Origin: the human T2T-CHM13v2.0 reference genome, Homo sapiens
DNA length: 64,000 bases
Assembly (NCBI RefSeq): GCF_009914755.1
Contig: NC_060935.1
Reading direction: 5' to 3' (one strand)
Part shown: positions 15,595-29,031 of the stretch, piece by piece
Layout: every line of letters starts with the position of its first letter
How positions within the stretch are numbered: the stretch's first letter is position 1
The notes under the pieces: generated by a model
What the model saw: the letters and a program-made list of their open reading frames with translations, nothing else
Databases searched by the model: none
What the model was told of the DNA's origin: nothing
Made by a program: the position numbers and the translations under genes

Positions 15595-17162
15595 AGATTC
15601 TTGAAAACATGTAAGAATAAGGGGAACTTCTCAAGACATTAAGTAAAAAAGGCATATAGACAGATATAATTCAATTAAAGGTTTGATTGCCTGGAAAAAC
15701 ATTAGAGTATACATTAATATGCTAGCAAGGATTGCCACTGGGCAGTGAAATTACTTACAGATTATTTTGATTATCTTTTTTAAATAATTTTTATGCTTTC
15801 AATGATGTAATTTTTATGAACAGAAAAAAATATGTAAATGGTAAGAATGTTTTATTGCTAGCAATATTAAGATATAGGATCTATATAAGCATGACTCCTC
15901 CAGATATTTTCTTCAAACCAATCACTTCTACTCAATTTATCAGTTTACCACACAGGAATATAGGAAGATTTAAATGTTTTGTTTTAGTCCATGGGTCTGT
16001 CTGATAAACAATAGAAAGAATTTTGACCAAAAAATTTACTTGCTCTGTAAGATGCTTAAAACCACAGAAAAAAGGGATATTTGTGGCTGGACTGGCCCAA
16101 GACTCACATCTCTAAACTGTGACATGAAGCTTTATTAATCATTTACCTCTTCAGAATCTAAGTCAGCAAAGGTCAAAGCAGTCCAGAGACAACACAAGGT
16201 GTAGTGTAGCCTTCCTCCCTGATGCAAGGGCTACATCCACAGTGTGAAGGAAGGTTTTTGGAGTTCAGTGAGAGAGTTTATGCCTTTAGTATAGTTCTGG
16301 TAGTAGCCACTGATCGATACAAAGGCTAGATAAATATGTGGGTAAGTAGAATAAATATCTATCTAGATAGATAGATAGATATAGATATAGGTAACATGTA
16401 AACATCTCTGCTTGGAGGGCTGAGGGGGGAACAAATATTTGTATGTATTTAACTACTTATCTTTTATGTTGTAAAAGTCTTAGTATTATGTTTGCATATT
16501 GCATGATGAGAAAAAAGCCCCCAAATTTATCTCTGCCACTGATGTGTGGACTCAATGAGTATTTCCTGAAAGCCTATGTGTAAAGCACGGTTCTGGCTAT
16601 AGGAGACAAAAAAGACACAGTCCTGTCTTCCTTTCCAGATGAAGACACAAAGACAATTCTGTGGATCACATGTGATTTTTCAATGTCTCTCTTCTCCAAA
16701 AAAAGAGATACTGGACAAAAAAATGGACAAAATAATAACTGACATTTACTGATGTTTCATGTAAATTTAGTGTAATACCACTTTAAAAGCTCATATATAT
16801 TGCTATATAGCCTGGGAATATCACTAGTGAAATTTACCAAAGGCAGTTTTTAAAACTGAGATATTTATGGAAATCTTCAAGATACGGTGCAGTATATTAT
16901 GATTTCTCCTTGTGAAATAAAAGTCTTACACTGACTTTTGACTCCACGAAGCTCGTTCACTACTTTCAAATTTTATGACAGGGTTTGGAAATACAACAGG
17001 GCAACAATTTTGGCTTCCCAGATGGACAGCCAGAGTTGAAACCAAGAGCCAATCAAGATCAGACCAACAAAATAATTAAAAGTGGAGAGTGAAAAGGAAA
17101 GGAAAAGAAACAGAAAGCAGATATGTGAGCTTAAGGGAGGTAAAGCAAAAATTAATATTTAC

Positions 17163-17836
17163 TTGACTTGTCCGTTCTCTGTGTAGGTGAACCCCAGGAG
17201 GGAGCTGTTCAGCCAGCCGGCGAACTCCATGGTCAGGAGATAGAGGCCATCTCCACTGCTCTTCCTCCGCCTCGACCACCACGTACTCCTGCTTTTTGTA
17301 CTCAAAACACCTCCGGATTTGCACCTGGTCCCCCGAGGGCCTCTTCATCTCGGGGAGCCAGGTGATCCTGGTCTCCTGGAGGTGCAGCCACAGGTGCCGG
17401 GTGTCAGGGAGCCAGGTGATCCTGCTCTCCCCGAGGTGCAACCACAGGTGCCGGGTGGGCGTACTCAGGTTGATGGAGATGCTCACGGTGCCTGTGTAGG
17501 TGTCCTCCTCCAACAGGGGCTTCACGTGCAGGTCTTAGTGGACCGGGTTGATGAAGTTCAGCAGTCAAAAGTTTTTCCACTGTCCGCTCTCATCCTCACT
17601 GGACGGGCAGATGTCCTGGTCCTGGGCAGGAGGACCCGACGGGCTGGCCGTGGAAGAAGGCAGGTGGGAAGGAGCTGGCACAGTGCCCAGCCCGCCGTCC
17701 CCACTGGAGTCACACGATCTGGTCAAGCCCACGGCGAGTCCGGCTATTAATCCTACACCCACCACCATCGCACAGAGAATGGCCATGTTTCATTTGAATG
17801 TAGTATCTCTTAGAGCCCTCTCTCCGCAAAGTTCAG
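17163..17836 (-). pseudogene. ENPEP pseudo-exon 1 (coding part)
   Basis: CTG at 17836-17834 replaces ATG. 2-bp deletion near 17785. TGA at 17567-17565 (R codon) and TAA at 17537-17535 (Y codon). 54-bp duplication 17349-17456. Frameshifting deletion after EEE (~17258) and an in-frame deletion near 17190. Intact donor CAA|gtaaat at 17162. Confidence 0.93.
17565..17786 (-). CDS. Putative 73-aa pseudogene-derived micropeptide (hydrophobic anchor plus Ser/Pro-rich stalk of aminopeptidase A); translation unproven
   Basis: ATG in aacATGG context. Residues 2-21 hydrophobic (AILCAMVVGVGLIAGLAVGL). Ends at a CGA->TGA stop. Confidence 0.25.
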   Translation of the reverse strand: MAILCAMVVGVGLIAGLAVGLTRSCDSSGDGGLGTVPAPSHLPSSTASPSGPPAQDQDICPSSEDESGQWKNF

Positions 17837-18084
17837 TTTTGCTTCCCAAGTCAAGTGTTACACATAAAAAGATGTTGAATTTGACTAAAGCCAGCAGACT
17901 TCTTTTTTAAATTGGAAGGAATCCCCTGATTTGGCAGCCTGTTTTCGCTTTTCCCACACCCGTCTCTGGCTTCTCGTGCCTTTTCCTGTCCTTTTTCACT
18001 TTGCCACCAGCCACTCAGGATGAATGCGGAAACAAGGGGGGTGGCTTGAGGACTCCGTAAGAGGAGCCAAGTGACAGGAAGAGG

Positions 18085-18190
18085 GCTGGCGAGAAGATTG
18101 TCACAGCTCCCCTTATAAACGACGCATCTCCACCCCTACCCCGCCTGCACTGCAGCGAGTTAAATATGAAACAGGGCTTCGCTTATCAGC
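18085..18190 (-). promoter_or_regulatory. Retained ENPEP-type core promoter
   Basis: On the minus strand: TATA-like TTTATAAG 18119-18112, GC box GGCGGGG 18145-18139, HNF1-like GTTAAATATGAAAC 18159-18172 (as read on +), GATA TGATAAG 18188-18182, ~280-350 bp upstream of the former start codon. Confidence 0.6.
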
Positions 18191-19004
18191 CAACGGGAGG
18201 ATGAGCCCATGCCAAAGCTCCTTCAGCAGCTTTCAGGGAGGAAGGGTTTGGGTGAGGCTTACGATAGAAAATCTCAACCTTTGCCACTCAGCCTGGGGCT
18301 TCTTCCTGTTGTGTTCACAATCTCTCCCTCCTAACTAAAAGGCTTCTTGAATTTCAGCTATTTTATCGATAGCTTGCCAAAGAAGCTAAACGTTTTCTTT
18401 TTTCCCCCTCATATTATGTAAACGTTCAAATTCTGTCCTTTAGAGAAGTCATAACCTGGAATTGGGTGCTCAGGGTGATTGAAGGACCACCTTGGTACTC
18501 AGTAAATATTTGTCGAATTAGATTAGGAAAACATAGCCAGGTAACCCTAAATCAGTTCAGCTGGTGCTAGATGAATGAGAGAGGGGGAACCCAAATAAGT
18601 TAGCCAAAGCAGTAGTGGAGCTGGAAAGCTTAAGAAGAAGAGAGGGAGCAAGAGGGGGAGAAGTCTGAAAGGACAAAGGGACTAGGAAGAAGCCCTGCTT
18701 GTGTCTGCAGTGTGCCTCCAAGTGAGACTGACGTCCGTAGACTTTAATGTGGTAGAGCACGTTTAAAGTCGATTCCAGATGCGAAAATTGACCTGTTGGG
18801 AAATCCATCATCCATGCAAATCTATCATTTTGTTTCTGAATGACAAGGTCAGAAAGAAAAATTGCAATGAACTTCATATTTACTGGCAGCTTAGCTATGG
18901 ACTGACATTTAGAGATGTTAAGTTATTGCTCAAGGTCACACACCTGGCAAATAGCAGAATTGGGGTTTGAACTCAGGTTGTCTGAGTCTAAAGGCCATAT
19001 ATCT

Positions 19005-19318
<314 letters not shown>

Positions 19319-20418
19319 TTAAAAATGAAGTCCATATATCTAACGGGTTCATTCCACTGCTTCCATGCTCTGAAGAGGATAAATATTCAAGGGTTAAGTA
19401 ACTATGAAAAACTTGGTATTTCCCCAAATGTAATCCATGGATATTAACAGATATACTCGCCAAGCAAACAATGCTGGGTTAAAGTGAAAAATCTTCTTTT
19501 ACTACTCTCCATTCTTGCAGAGCCTCCAGATGGTAACACACATTATGAGCCTCCCAGAGAGGAAACGCGATGGAGCACTCTCCCCATTTAGTTGACAAGA
19601 GAGCTTTTTCTGGTGAGGTACTTTTTGAGGGCCTTATGTTCCACAGAGCACACTCTGAGAAACGTTGTTTCAAACCGTTCTAAATTACAAACTAAACAAA
19701 CAAACAAACAAACAAACAAAACTTTAAAAGCAAACAGGTCCATTTCACTCTGTAACATTTCTGTTGTTTTCTCACAAATAGTAGTGACAGAAAAAGAATT
19801 AAAGGAAAGAGGGATATGTTTTTCTAAATTGTAGACCCATCTTGTATTGATTAATTTTACATTCTGAAGCAAACCTAAACTTTTTGAGATCATAGTATGT
19901 TTAAGTCTGGCACATTAACTTCCTGAATTTTAGCCCTTGAAACCCCCTTTTTATTGAAAATATCGTCTGACACTTCAATAAATGTTTGATGGGTCTAATA
20001 TTTTGATGTGTTTCTTAGGAATGAAAGGTAAAAATGTGGCTCAGGTTTACCTCAACATAGTGAAGGGCAAAGCAAAAAGTATTTGGAAGAATGTACATAA
20101 AATTATGTTAAACTAGAAGTATTTTTAAAAATCTCAGATGTGGCAAACATATATGAAATATCTTAAACTTGACTTTGTAGCAAACGTGTATGAAATCTCT
20201 TAAACTTGACCTTATTTAGAAAGATGACAATCTTATCACCAAGTCTTATGTACAAGAAGATAATAGACCCTTGGGTTAGGTACACTTAAGGAAGATTAAG
20301 AATGGCCACCTGCTATAAAATAGCTCTACTACTTTGCCTGAAATTCTACCATAAGGAATATATTATTTAAATGCTTTTTTTTTTGCTGGAAGAAATAAAA
20401 TACCCTAAGTCCACATAT

Positions 20419-20419
<1 letters not shown>

Positions 20420-20461
<42 letters not shown>
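20420..20461. repeat. (GT)n microsatellite
   Basis: About 21 perfect units. Confidence 0.95.
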
Positions 20462-20463
<2 letters not shown>

Positions 20464-20692
20464 GTTTTGAGTCCATGGCCCAGTTCTAGCCACAGTATCT
20501 TATTAGTACCAACCTGTGTGAGCTGACTGCATCCAATGAAGGGCACCACATCTTGTGAGGATCAGCATATTAGGGTTACCTAATACAGCCAGATGAGCAG
20601 AGGCAGAAGAGCCAGCATGTGCACCATCACAAGCACCCTCCTAGATTAAATAGTTGATATTGGGTAAGCTTACGTTGAATGAATCTACATTG

Positions 20693-22167
20693 GACAAGGC
20701 AAGTCCCTTCTGCCTATGATCCTGGAAAATAAAGAACAAGTTAGTTACTTCCAAGATACAATGGGGGTACAGGCATTGGGTAAATGTTCCCATTCCAAAT
20801 TGGAGAAATTGACTAAAATAAAGGGGCTACAGGCCCCATTCAAGTCCAAAACCCAGCAGGGCAGTCATTAAATCTTAAAGGTTCAAAATGATCTCATTTG
20901 ACACCATGTCTCACATCCAGGTCATGCTGATGCAAGTGGTGGGCTCCTAAGGCCTGGGGCAGATCTGCCCCTGTGGCTGTGCAGGGTACATCCCCCATGG
21001 CTGATTTCATGGGTTGGCATTGATTGCCTGTGGTTTTTCCAAGCACATGACACAAGCTGCCAGTGAATCTACCATTCTGGGGTCTGGAGGATGGTGGCCC
21101 ACTTCTCATAGCTCCGCTAGGCAGTGCCCCAGTGGGGATTCTGTGTGGGGTCTCCAACCCCAAACTTCCCCTCTGCATTGCCCTGGTAGAGGTTCTCCAT
21201 GAGGGCTCTGCCCCTGTAGCAGACTTCTAAATTTCCATACATTCTCTGAAATCTAGGCGGAGGCTCCCAAAGCTCAACCCTTGCCTTCTGCACACCCACA
21301 GGCCCAACACCACGTGAAAGCCTTGAAGGCTTGGGGCTTACACCCTCTGAAGCAATGGCTCAACCTGTACCTTGGCCCCTTTTAGCCATGGCTGGAACTG
21401 GAGCAGCTGGGACACAGGGTGCCATGTCTTGAGGTTGCACAGAGCAGCAGGACCCACAAAACCCTTTTCCCTCCTAGGCTTCCAAGCCTGTGACAGGGAG
21501 AGCTGCCTTGAAAATCTCTGACATGTCCTGGAGACATTTTCCCTATTGTCTTGGCCATTAACATTTGTCTTCTCTTTACTTATGCAAATTTCTGCAGCTG
21601 GCTTGAATTTCTCCTCAGAAAATGGGAGAAATGGGTTTTTCTTTCCTACCATATAGTCAGGCTGCAAATTTTCCAGGCTTTTATGTTCTGTTTCCCTTTT
21701 AAACAGAAGTTCCAATTTCAGACCAGCTCTTTGTGAACACATATGAATATATGCTTTTGGAAACCGACAGGTCACATCTCAAAGGCTTTGCTGCTTAGAA
21801 ATTTCTTCCACCAGATACCCTAAATCATCTCTCTCAAGTTCAAAGTTCCACAGATCTCTAGGGATCTGTGGGGAAGAAGCAAAATGCCACAAGTCTCTTT
21901 GCTAAAGCATAGGAAGAGTGACCTTTACTCCAGTTCCAAGTAAGTTCCTCATTTCCATCTGAGACCACCTTCACCTGGATTTCATTGTCCATATCTCTAT
22001 CAGGATTTTGGTCAAAACCATTCAACAGGTCTCTAAGAAGTTCCAAACTTTCCCACATCCTCCTTTCTTCTTCTGAGCCCTCCAAAGCATTCTAACCTCT
22101 TCCTGTCATCCAAAGTTACATTCACATGTTCAGGTGTCTTATAGAAGTGCCCCACTTCTCTTGGTAC
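20693..22167 (-). mobile_element. MaLR internal region (MST/THE1-int) without LTRs
   Basis: Colinear with the THE1 internal region at ~44420-45855 in this window; no LTR on either side. Confidence 0.85.
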
Positions 22168-22467
22168 TATTGTTGGTGGCCTGAGAGGAATGGGTCTGAA
22201 AGAGAGGATCAGTGACTATTTTGAATAAATGCTATGATCTACCGCATATGCAGTATCTCCTAACAATTATATTTTTGTTATGTCGTCATTCAACTATTAT
22301 TTAGAAATTATTTCAGTTCATATGAGATTGTCTGATTAAAATGCTTCTTCTCTAAGGCTGAGGCTAACATGACATTGTTTCCCATTGCCTTTTTTCCTTA
22401 TAGATTCTTCTGTTCTTTTCTAAACTTGATGTTTGTATATAACATGTATGTATGTATACATATATGA

Positions 22468-22495
<28 letters not shown>
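22468..22495. repeat. (GT)n microsatellite
   Basis: About 14 units. Confidence 0.9.
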
Positions 22496-22498
<3 letters not shown>

Positions 22499-22565
22499 GT
22501 TTTTCATGTATATATTTTTTCCTAAGGGATATATTTGAACTAAATGTGTTTATCAATCAATATTA

Positions 22566-22751
<186 letters not shown>

Positions 22752-23420
22752 TCAAGTAAACATGAAGCAGACATTTTTTCTCATTTTCACAAGAGCTATT
22801 TATCATGACTGTTATTTATCATGACTGTGTGAGAGCAGAGGTGTTCTCACCTGAAATCATATAACTTATTTTCCACATAGTTGATGAATAGAGTAGACAC
22901 AAAACATGGACTGTATCATAAAGAAAAAATTTATAGCTGACATTTATTGAAAGTGTTGAACACAGATGCATCCCTTTTAGTAATCAACAATCATGAGCTT
23001 AAAACAGACTTCCAGAGTGAAGACATCAAACACCTCTGTAATTTTGTGCCCCAAGTTTCCCATAAAATTGCTACCCATGGCATCAGGAGCTAGCCAGACC
23101 AGATGAGGAAGAATGGAGAAGCTGTATAAAAACAATAATAATGGTATCTTACACATACGCCATGCTCTGTAGTTCACAAAGCAGTTACATGTCTACCTCA
23201 TTTCATCTTGAACACAACTTCGTTGTGAGCAGGACTGGTGGTGTTATCCTCATGTTATTCAAGAATGAAACAAAATGGAAATATTAAGTGACTTGTCCAA
23301 GGTCATCCAGCTTTTTAGATATAATATTACCATCCAATAAAACTCATATGGTAGAAATGCCCTGTGCCCTGTCATTCCTTGGAGACAGCTCTGAAAAGGT
23401 CAAACACCAGGCCTTGGTAG

Positions 23421-24971
23421 TGAGAGGTGACAGCGTGCTGGCAGCCCACGCAGCCCTCGCTTGCTCTCAGTGCCTCCTTGGCTGTGGCACCCACTCTGGC
23501 CGCACTTGAGGAGCCTTCCAGCCCACTGCTGCACTGTGGGAGCCCCTTTCTGGGCTGACCAAGGCTGGAGGCAGCTCCCTCAGCTTGCAGGGAGGTGTGG
23601 AGGGAGAGGCGTGAGCAGGAACCAGGGCTGCATTCGGTGCTTGCAGGCCAGCGCGAGTTCTGGGTGGGTGTGGCCTCAGCAGGCCCTTCTCTCGGAGCCG
23701 CCGGCCCAGCCTGCAAGCCCCGGGCAGTGAGTGGCTTAGCACCTGGCCCAGCAGCTGCTGTGCTCAACTTCTCGCAGGGCCTTAGCTGCCTCCCGGTGTG
23801 GCAGGGCTTGAGACTTACAGCCTGCCATGCCTGAACCTCCCCCCACCGTGGACTCCTGCATGGCCCAAGTCTCCCCGATGAGTGCCGCCCCCTGCTCCAT
23901 GTTGCCCCCTCCCATTGACCACCCAAGAGCTGAGGATTGTGAGTGCACAGCGCGGGACTGGCAGGCAGCTCCACCTGCAGCCCCAGTACGGGATCCACTG
24001 GGTGAAGCCAGCTGGGCTCCTGAGTCTGGTGAGGATGTGGAGAACCTTTATGTCTAGCTCAGGGATTGTAAATACACCAACTGGCATTCTGTATCCAGCT
24101 CAAGGTTTGTGGACACACCAATCAGCACCCTGTGTCTAGCTCACTGTTTGTAAATGCACCAATTGACACTCTGTATCTAGCTACTCTAGTGGGGACTTGG
24201 AGAACCTTTATGTCTAGCTAAGGGATTGTAAATACACCAATCGGCACTCTGTATCTAGCTCAAGGTTTGTAAACACACCAATCAGCACCCTGTGTGTAGC
24301 TCAGGGTTTGTGAATGCACCAATGGACACTCTGTATATAGCTACTCTGGTGGGAACTTGGAGAACCTTTGTGTCAACACTCTGCATCTAGCTAATCTAGT
24401 GGGGACGTGGAGAACTTTTGTGTCTAGCTCAGGGATTGTAAAGGCACCAAACAACACCCTGTCAAAATGGACCAATCAGCTTTCTGTAAAATGGACCAAT
24501 CAGCAGGATCTGGGTGGGGCTAGATAAGTGAATAAAAGCAGGCTGCCCCAGCCAGCAGTGGCAACCCGCTCGGGTCTCCTTCCACGCTGTGCAAGCTTTG
24601 TTCTTTCGCTCTTTGTAATAAATCTTGCTGCTGCTCACTCTTTGGGTCCACACTGCTTTTATGAGCTGTAACACCACGAAGGTCTGCAGCTTCACTCCTG
24701 AAGCCATTGAGACCATGAACCCACTGGGAGGAATGAACAACTCCAGACGTACCACCTTAAGGCTGTAACACTCACCGCAAAGGTCTGCAGCTTCACTCCT
24801 GAGCCAGCGAGACCACGAACCCACCAGAAGGAAGAAACTCTGAACACATCCGAACATCAGAAGGAACAAACTCCAGACAAGCTGCCTTTAGGAACTGTAA
24901 CACTCATCACAAGCATCCGCGGCTTCATTCTTGAAGTCAGTGAGACCAATAACCCACCAATTCCGGACACA
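23421..24971 (+). mobile_element. HERV9 solo LTR (LTR12C-like)
   Basis: TGAGAGGTGACAGCGTGCTGG...CCACCAATTCCGGACACA. TSD gtag (23417-23420 / 24972-24975). CCAAT repeats, GATAAG and AATAAAA near 24523-24537. Confidence 0.95.
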
Positions 24972-26943
24972 GTAGGATGCCAGTTCACCAATGGACATTA
25001 CCAACTAATACTCCCCTTATCTAAAAATCTACATTACAAACAATTAAGCACTTCTATTTTCTTGACTGAGTTTTCCTTTCCCCTTAGTTCTTTTAGGATG
25101 ACTTTGAGCATCAGGATTTGCAAACCAGAATTTTGTAGGACTAATGTATGTTTAACAAGAGAAGTCAAGAGTAATGTTTTAGAAAGATGTTTTTTTTTAC
25201 TTATCAGGCAGGTCAATATCAAAGAGGTCTGTTAGTGAACAATGACCTGGTGGTTTTTCAAAAACGGAAGAAGAAACTTTCATATCACCATGAATTTAAT
25301 ACTGTCTCTTGTGTTTTCCTTTGCAATCTCTTTAATTGGATTTTGTTCAAGGATACAGGGGGCTCTTGTCTTTTGAGTGCATTTAAGAGTTCATTTTCCA
25401 GCTTTGACACTCAGCTCAGGAGTTTCAACAGCAATTAATCAGGACTATCCATATCAGAAACATTGTTAATCTTCACCGGACAGAAGTGGTTATGTTTGCA
25501 ACTAAACTTCAATAGACTCTTTGGACGTAGGATTTATTGTATTGCAAATGTTTTGAAAGGGAAGACATGACTTTGAAGCAGAGTGGGAGAAACAGTTTTA
25601 AAGAGCTGGAACCAAAATCCAAGAGTCACTCAAGCAGACCTGGAAGGAAACATTTGTTTCTGCTGCAGGTTTTAAGAATAGTCATTTCAAGGTTGAACAC
25701 CATCCAAGTGTGCATTAGGGCACATGGTTATTCATCCTCCAAATTTCAGTCCTCAACCCTTCTCTGCCCTCTCCCCTGCATGAGCTCATTTCTTCCTGAT
25801 TTCAAATTATCACCTCAATGCCTCAGTGTAGATGACTCACAGATTCATTGATTACCCAGCAGGTATTGAATTCCCACTGCAATAATATATGGCATCACAA
25901 TAGTTTCCATTTATTGAGTTCTCACTATTGTCAGATGATGGGCTAAACCCATCTGTGCACTGAGAGGGGTAAAGTATGGTGGTTGGGATGGTGCATGGTC
26001 TGGAGGCCAGCTGCCTGTGTTCTAATCCTGATACTGCCACTTGCAAATTTTCTTACTTTGGGCAAGTTATTCAGTTCTCTAGCTCTGCTTTCTCCTCTCT
26101 AAAATGAATATGAAGAGTACCTACCCATAGAGTCTTGTTTGTTTTGTGCTTAGAATTAAATAAAAGATTCCACGTAAGACACCTCATAGTAAATATTCAA
26201 ACATTGCTTATAATAATTGTTACTAATTATCACTCTTATTTTTTATACAATGACACAACATTCCTGGGATGTAGGCACTATTTCATCCAATTTAAAAACA
26301 TGCCTATCTTCTTAATCAGCATGATAAGGGCACCTCTAAATTATGGCCCATGGGAATAATGCATTGTTAGAAAAGATATCAGTCCTAGACTGCAATTTGC
26401 AAAAGTATTCAAATAAGAGGACTAAGATAACCATAACAATCTCACAAAGTGCTATGAGAGCTCAGGATACTAAATGTCAGTCTGTATCTCTTAACAGCCC
26501 CTAAGCTGTTCAGAGTCACAGAATGTCAGAGCTGAAAGCACAGTAAACACAAAAACATAGAACTGTAATCGCAATAAAATGCCCCATTTACAATGAAAGG
26601 TATTCATCTCAGAGGGTCAAAGAATGTGATGACAGTTGCACAGTTAGCCACAAGGGCAGAGCTGCAGACTCTGGCCTCTACTTACTGTGTGGATGTCCCA
26701 CCATCAACACTTTCCAACATTTCAAAATGTAAACATATCATTAAACACATTCGTTACGTATTTGCTACTGTTTGGAAAGTCCTTTGTTTAGCAAAATGCT
26801 CTCTTTCTTACATACAGCACATTGCAATTCACCAAAACTATCCACATTGGAAATATTTTCACTATTTACCAGACAGAAGCAGCTATGTATGCAACTAAAT
26901 TTTAATGGGGTTCATCATTTTGCAGATGCTTTGAAAGGTGAGG

Positions 26944-27286
26944 CGATATGGTTTGGCTGTGTCCCCACTCAAATCTCATCTTGAATTCCCATGAGTCATG
27001 GGAGGAACCTGGTGGGAAGTAGTTAAATTATGGGGGCAGGTCTTTCCTGTGCTGATGTCATGATAGTGAATGAGTCTCACAAGATCTTATGGTTTTAAAA
27101 ACGGGAGTTTCCTTGCACAAGGTCTCTTCTCTTGCCTGCCACCACGCGAGACGTGCCTTTCACCTTTGCCAGGATTGTGAGGCCTCCCCAGCCACGTGGA
27201 ACTGTAAATCCAATAAACTTCTTTCTTTTGTAAATTGCCCAGACTTGGGTATGTCTTTATCAGCGGCATGAAAATGGACTAATACA
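26944..27286 (+). mobile_element. THE1 solo LTR (THE1B-like)
   Basis: (c)gatatggtttggctgtgtcccc...ggactaataca; TSD (t/g)gagg. Confidence 0.9.
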
Positions 27287-27459
27287 GGAGGCATGGCTTT
27301 GAAACAAGGTGGGAGAAGTGCTTCTTTTTAAAGTGCTCAGTTAAAACAAAACACCAAATTATTTGTTGAACTAGTCCTGGAAGCAATCTTTTGTTATTGC
27401 TGCAAGATATGAGGAGCTCATCACCTCATATCCTGTCCAGTAGGAAATTCTATTGGCTG

Positions 27460-28420
27460 ATAACATCTCCAGAATCTGACTGCTTCTCACCTCTTCCAGT
27501 GCCACAACCCTGTTCCAAGCCACGAGAATCTCTTCCTTAGTGTACTGTGGGGTCTCCTACTTATACAATTTGCCTTAACTTTTACACATTAAAGTGTATA
27601 TTTCACGAAGAACAGACTCCACAAAGTGATACTTTTAAAATAAAGTCAGATTATACACTTCCCATATAGAAACCCCCAATGCCTTCCCATCACTCAGAGA
27701 AAAACTCAACTCTCCTCTGATGACCTAGTGTTCTACACTCTCTGCTCCCTACCCCTACCTTCTCTGGCCTCATCTCCTACAGCTTGCCCCTTGTTAATTC
27801 ATGAACCCCCCACCACACACTCCCAGCCCTGCATTCCTTAAAACTTTAGAACCTTGCCCTAATTGATTTTCTGTTTCTCTGCCTGGAGCAATCTTCACTG
27901 AGATACATGTGTGGCTCAATCTCTCACTTTCTTCAGGTCTTTGCTCAAGACCCTACTCAATGAGACTTAGCTGGATCAGCACGTTCAATTGTTCTGTGGC
28001 CCAGAATGTGCACACGTACACACCTGATTCCCACTAACTACAGTTATGAATTTATATATTATCTAAAGTAAACCAGCATAGGTTTTAGAGTTAAAGGGGA
28101 TGGTGCTAATTGTTATGCTGGCACAACAGGAATAAACTAAGGCTGCCTTGGTCAAACTGGGACATATATCCACCTAAATATAACATGCTCTGATTTTTCT
28201 CCCTTGGCATTTATTGCCTTTTGACAAACTGTAATATTCACATATTTCTAATGTGTTTTAGTTATTGTCTGTCACTCCCTCTTAGAGCATGAGCTTCATG
28301 AGAGCAAAGACATCTTTCTCTTTCTCGATGTATTCTAAGTGTTTAAAATAGTGCCCAACAGCATGGCACAGAGTAGATTCTCAATAATGTTTTTCAAAAT
28401 AAATGAATAAATGATATAAA
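27460..28420 (+). mobile_element. L2 3' fragments
   Basis: L2-like motifs ending tcaataatg...aaatgaataaatga; boundaries approximate. Confidence 0.55.
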
Positions 28421-28674
28421 GTAGTCAAAGATGATCTCAAAAGTTCTTTCAAACTTTTAGCATCAGATGCATTTTTCAGTTCAATTCTATCAAAAATGGT
28501 GAAAATGAACAAAATGAATATCCAAAACCAAAATTGTCACCAGACCCATGAAATTCTAGATTCTTAATACTGGATCTGAAAGAGAGATGAATGGATGATC
28601 TGGTTCTATTTTCATTCCTTGAGGAAAGCAAATGTTTAAATCAATATTCTCCAGTTATTTTCCTGCTGTCCTTC

Positions 28675-29031
28675 TGTATTAGTCCATACATTGCTAATAA
28701 AGACATACCTGAGACTGGGTAATTTATAAAGGAAAGGGATTTAATGGACTTACAGTTCCACATGGCTGGAGAGGACTCACGATCATGGTAGAAGGCAAAG
28801 GAGGAGCATAGGCACATCTTACATGGCAGCAAGCAAGAGAGCTTGTGCAGGGGATCTCTTTATAAAACCATCAGATCTCATGAGACTAATTCACAATCAT
28901 AAGAACAATACAGGAAAGACCCGCCCCCATTATTCAATTACCTGCCACTGGGTCCCTCCCGTGACATGTGGGAATTATGGGAGCTACAATTCAAGATGAG
29001 ATTTGGGTGGGGACACAGCCAAACCATATCA
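28675..29031 (-). mobile_element. THE1 solo LTR
   Basis: tgtattagtcc...gacacagccaaaccatatca. Confidence 0.9.

Noticed and set aside
17076-17525. 149-aa minus-strand ORF with ENPEP similarity
   Set aside because: Starts at GTG just after a nonsense codon, frameshifts after EEE and reads through the splice donor into the intron; a pseudogene remnant.
17168-17910. Several plus-strand ORFs of 65-143 aa
   Set aside because: Antisense shadows of the GC-rich pseudo-exon with no independent coding evidence.
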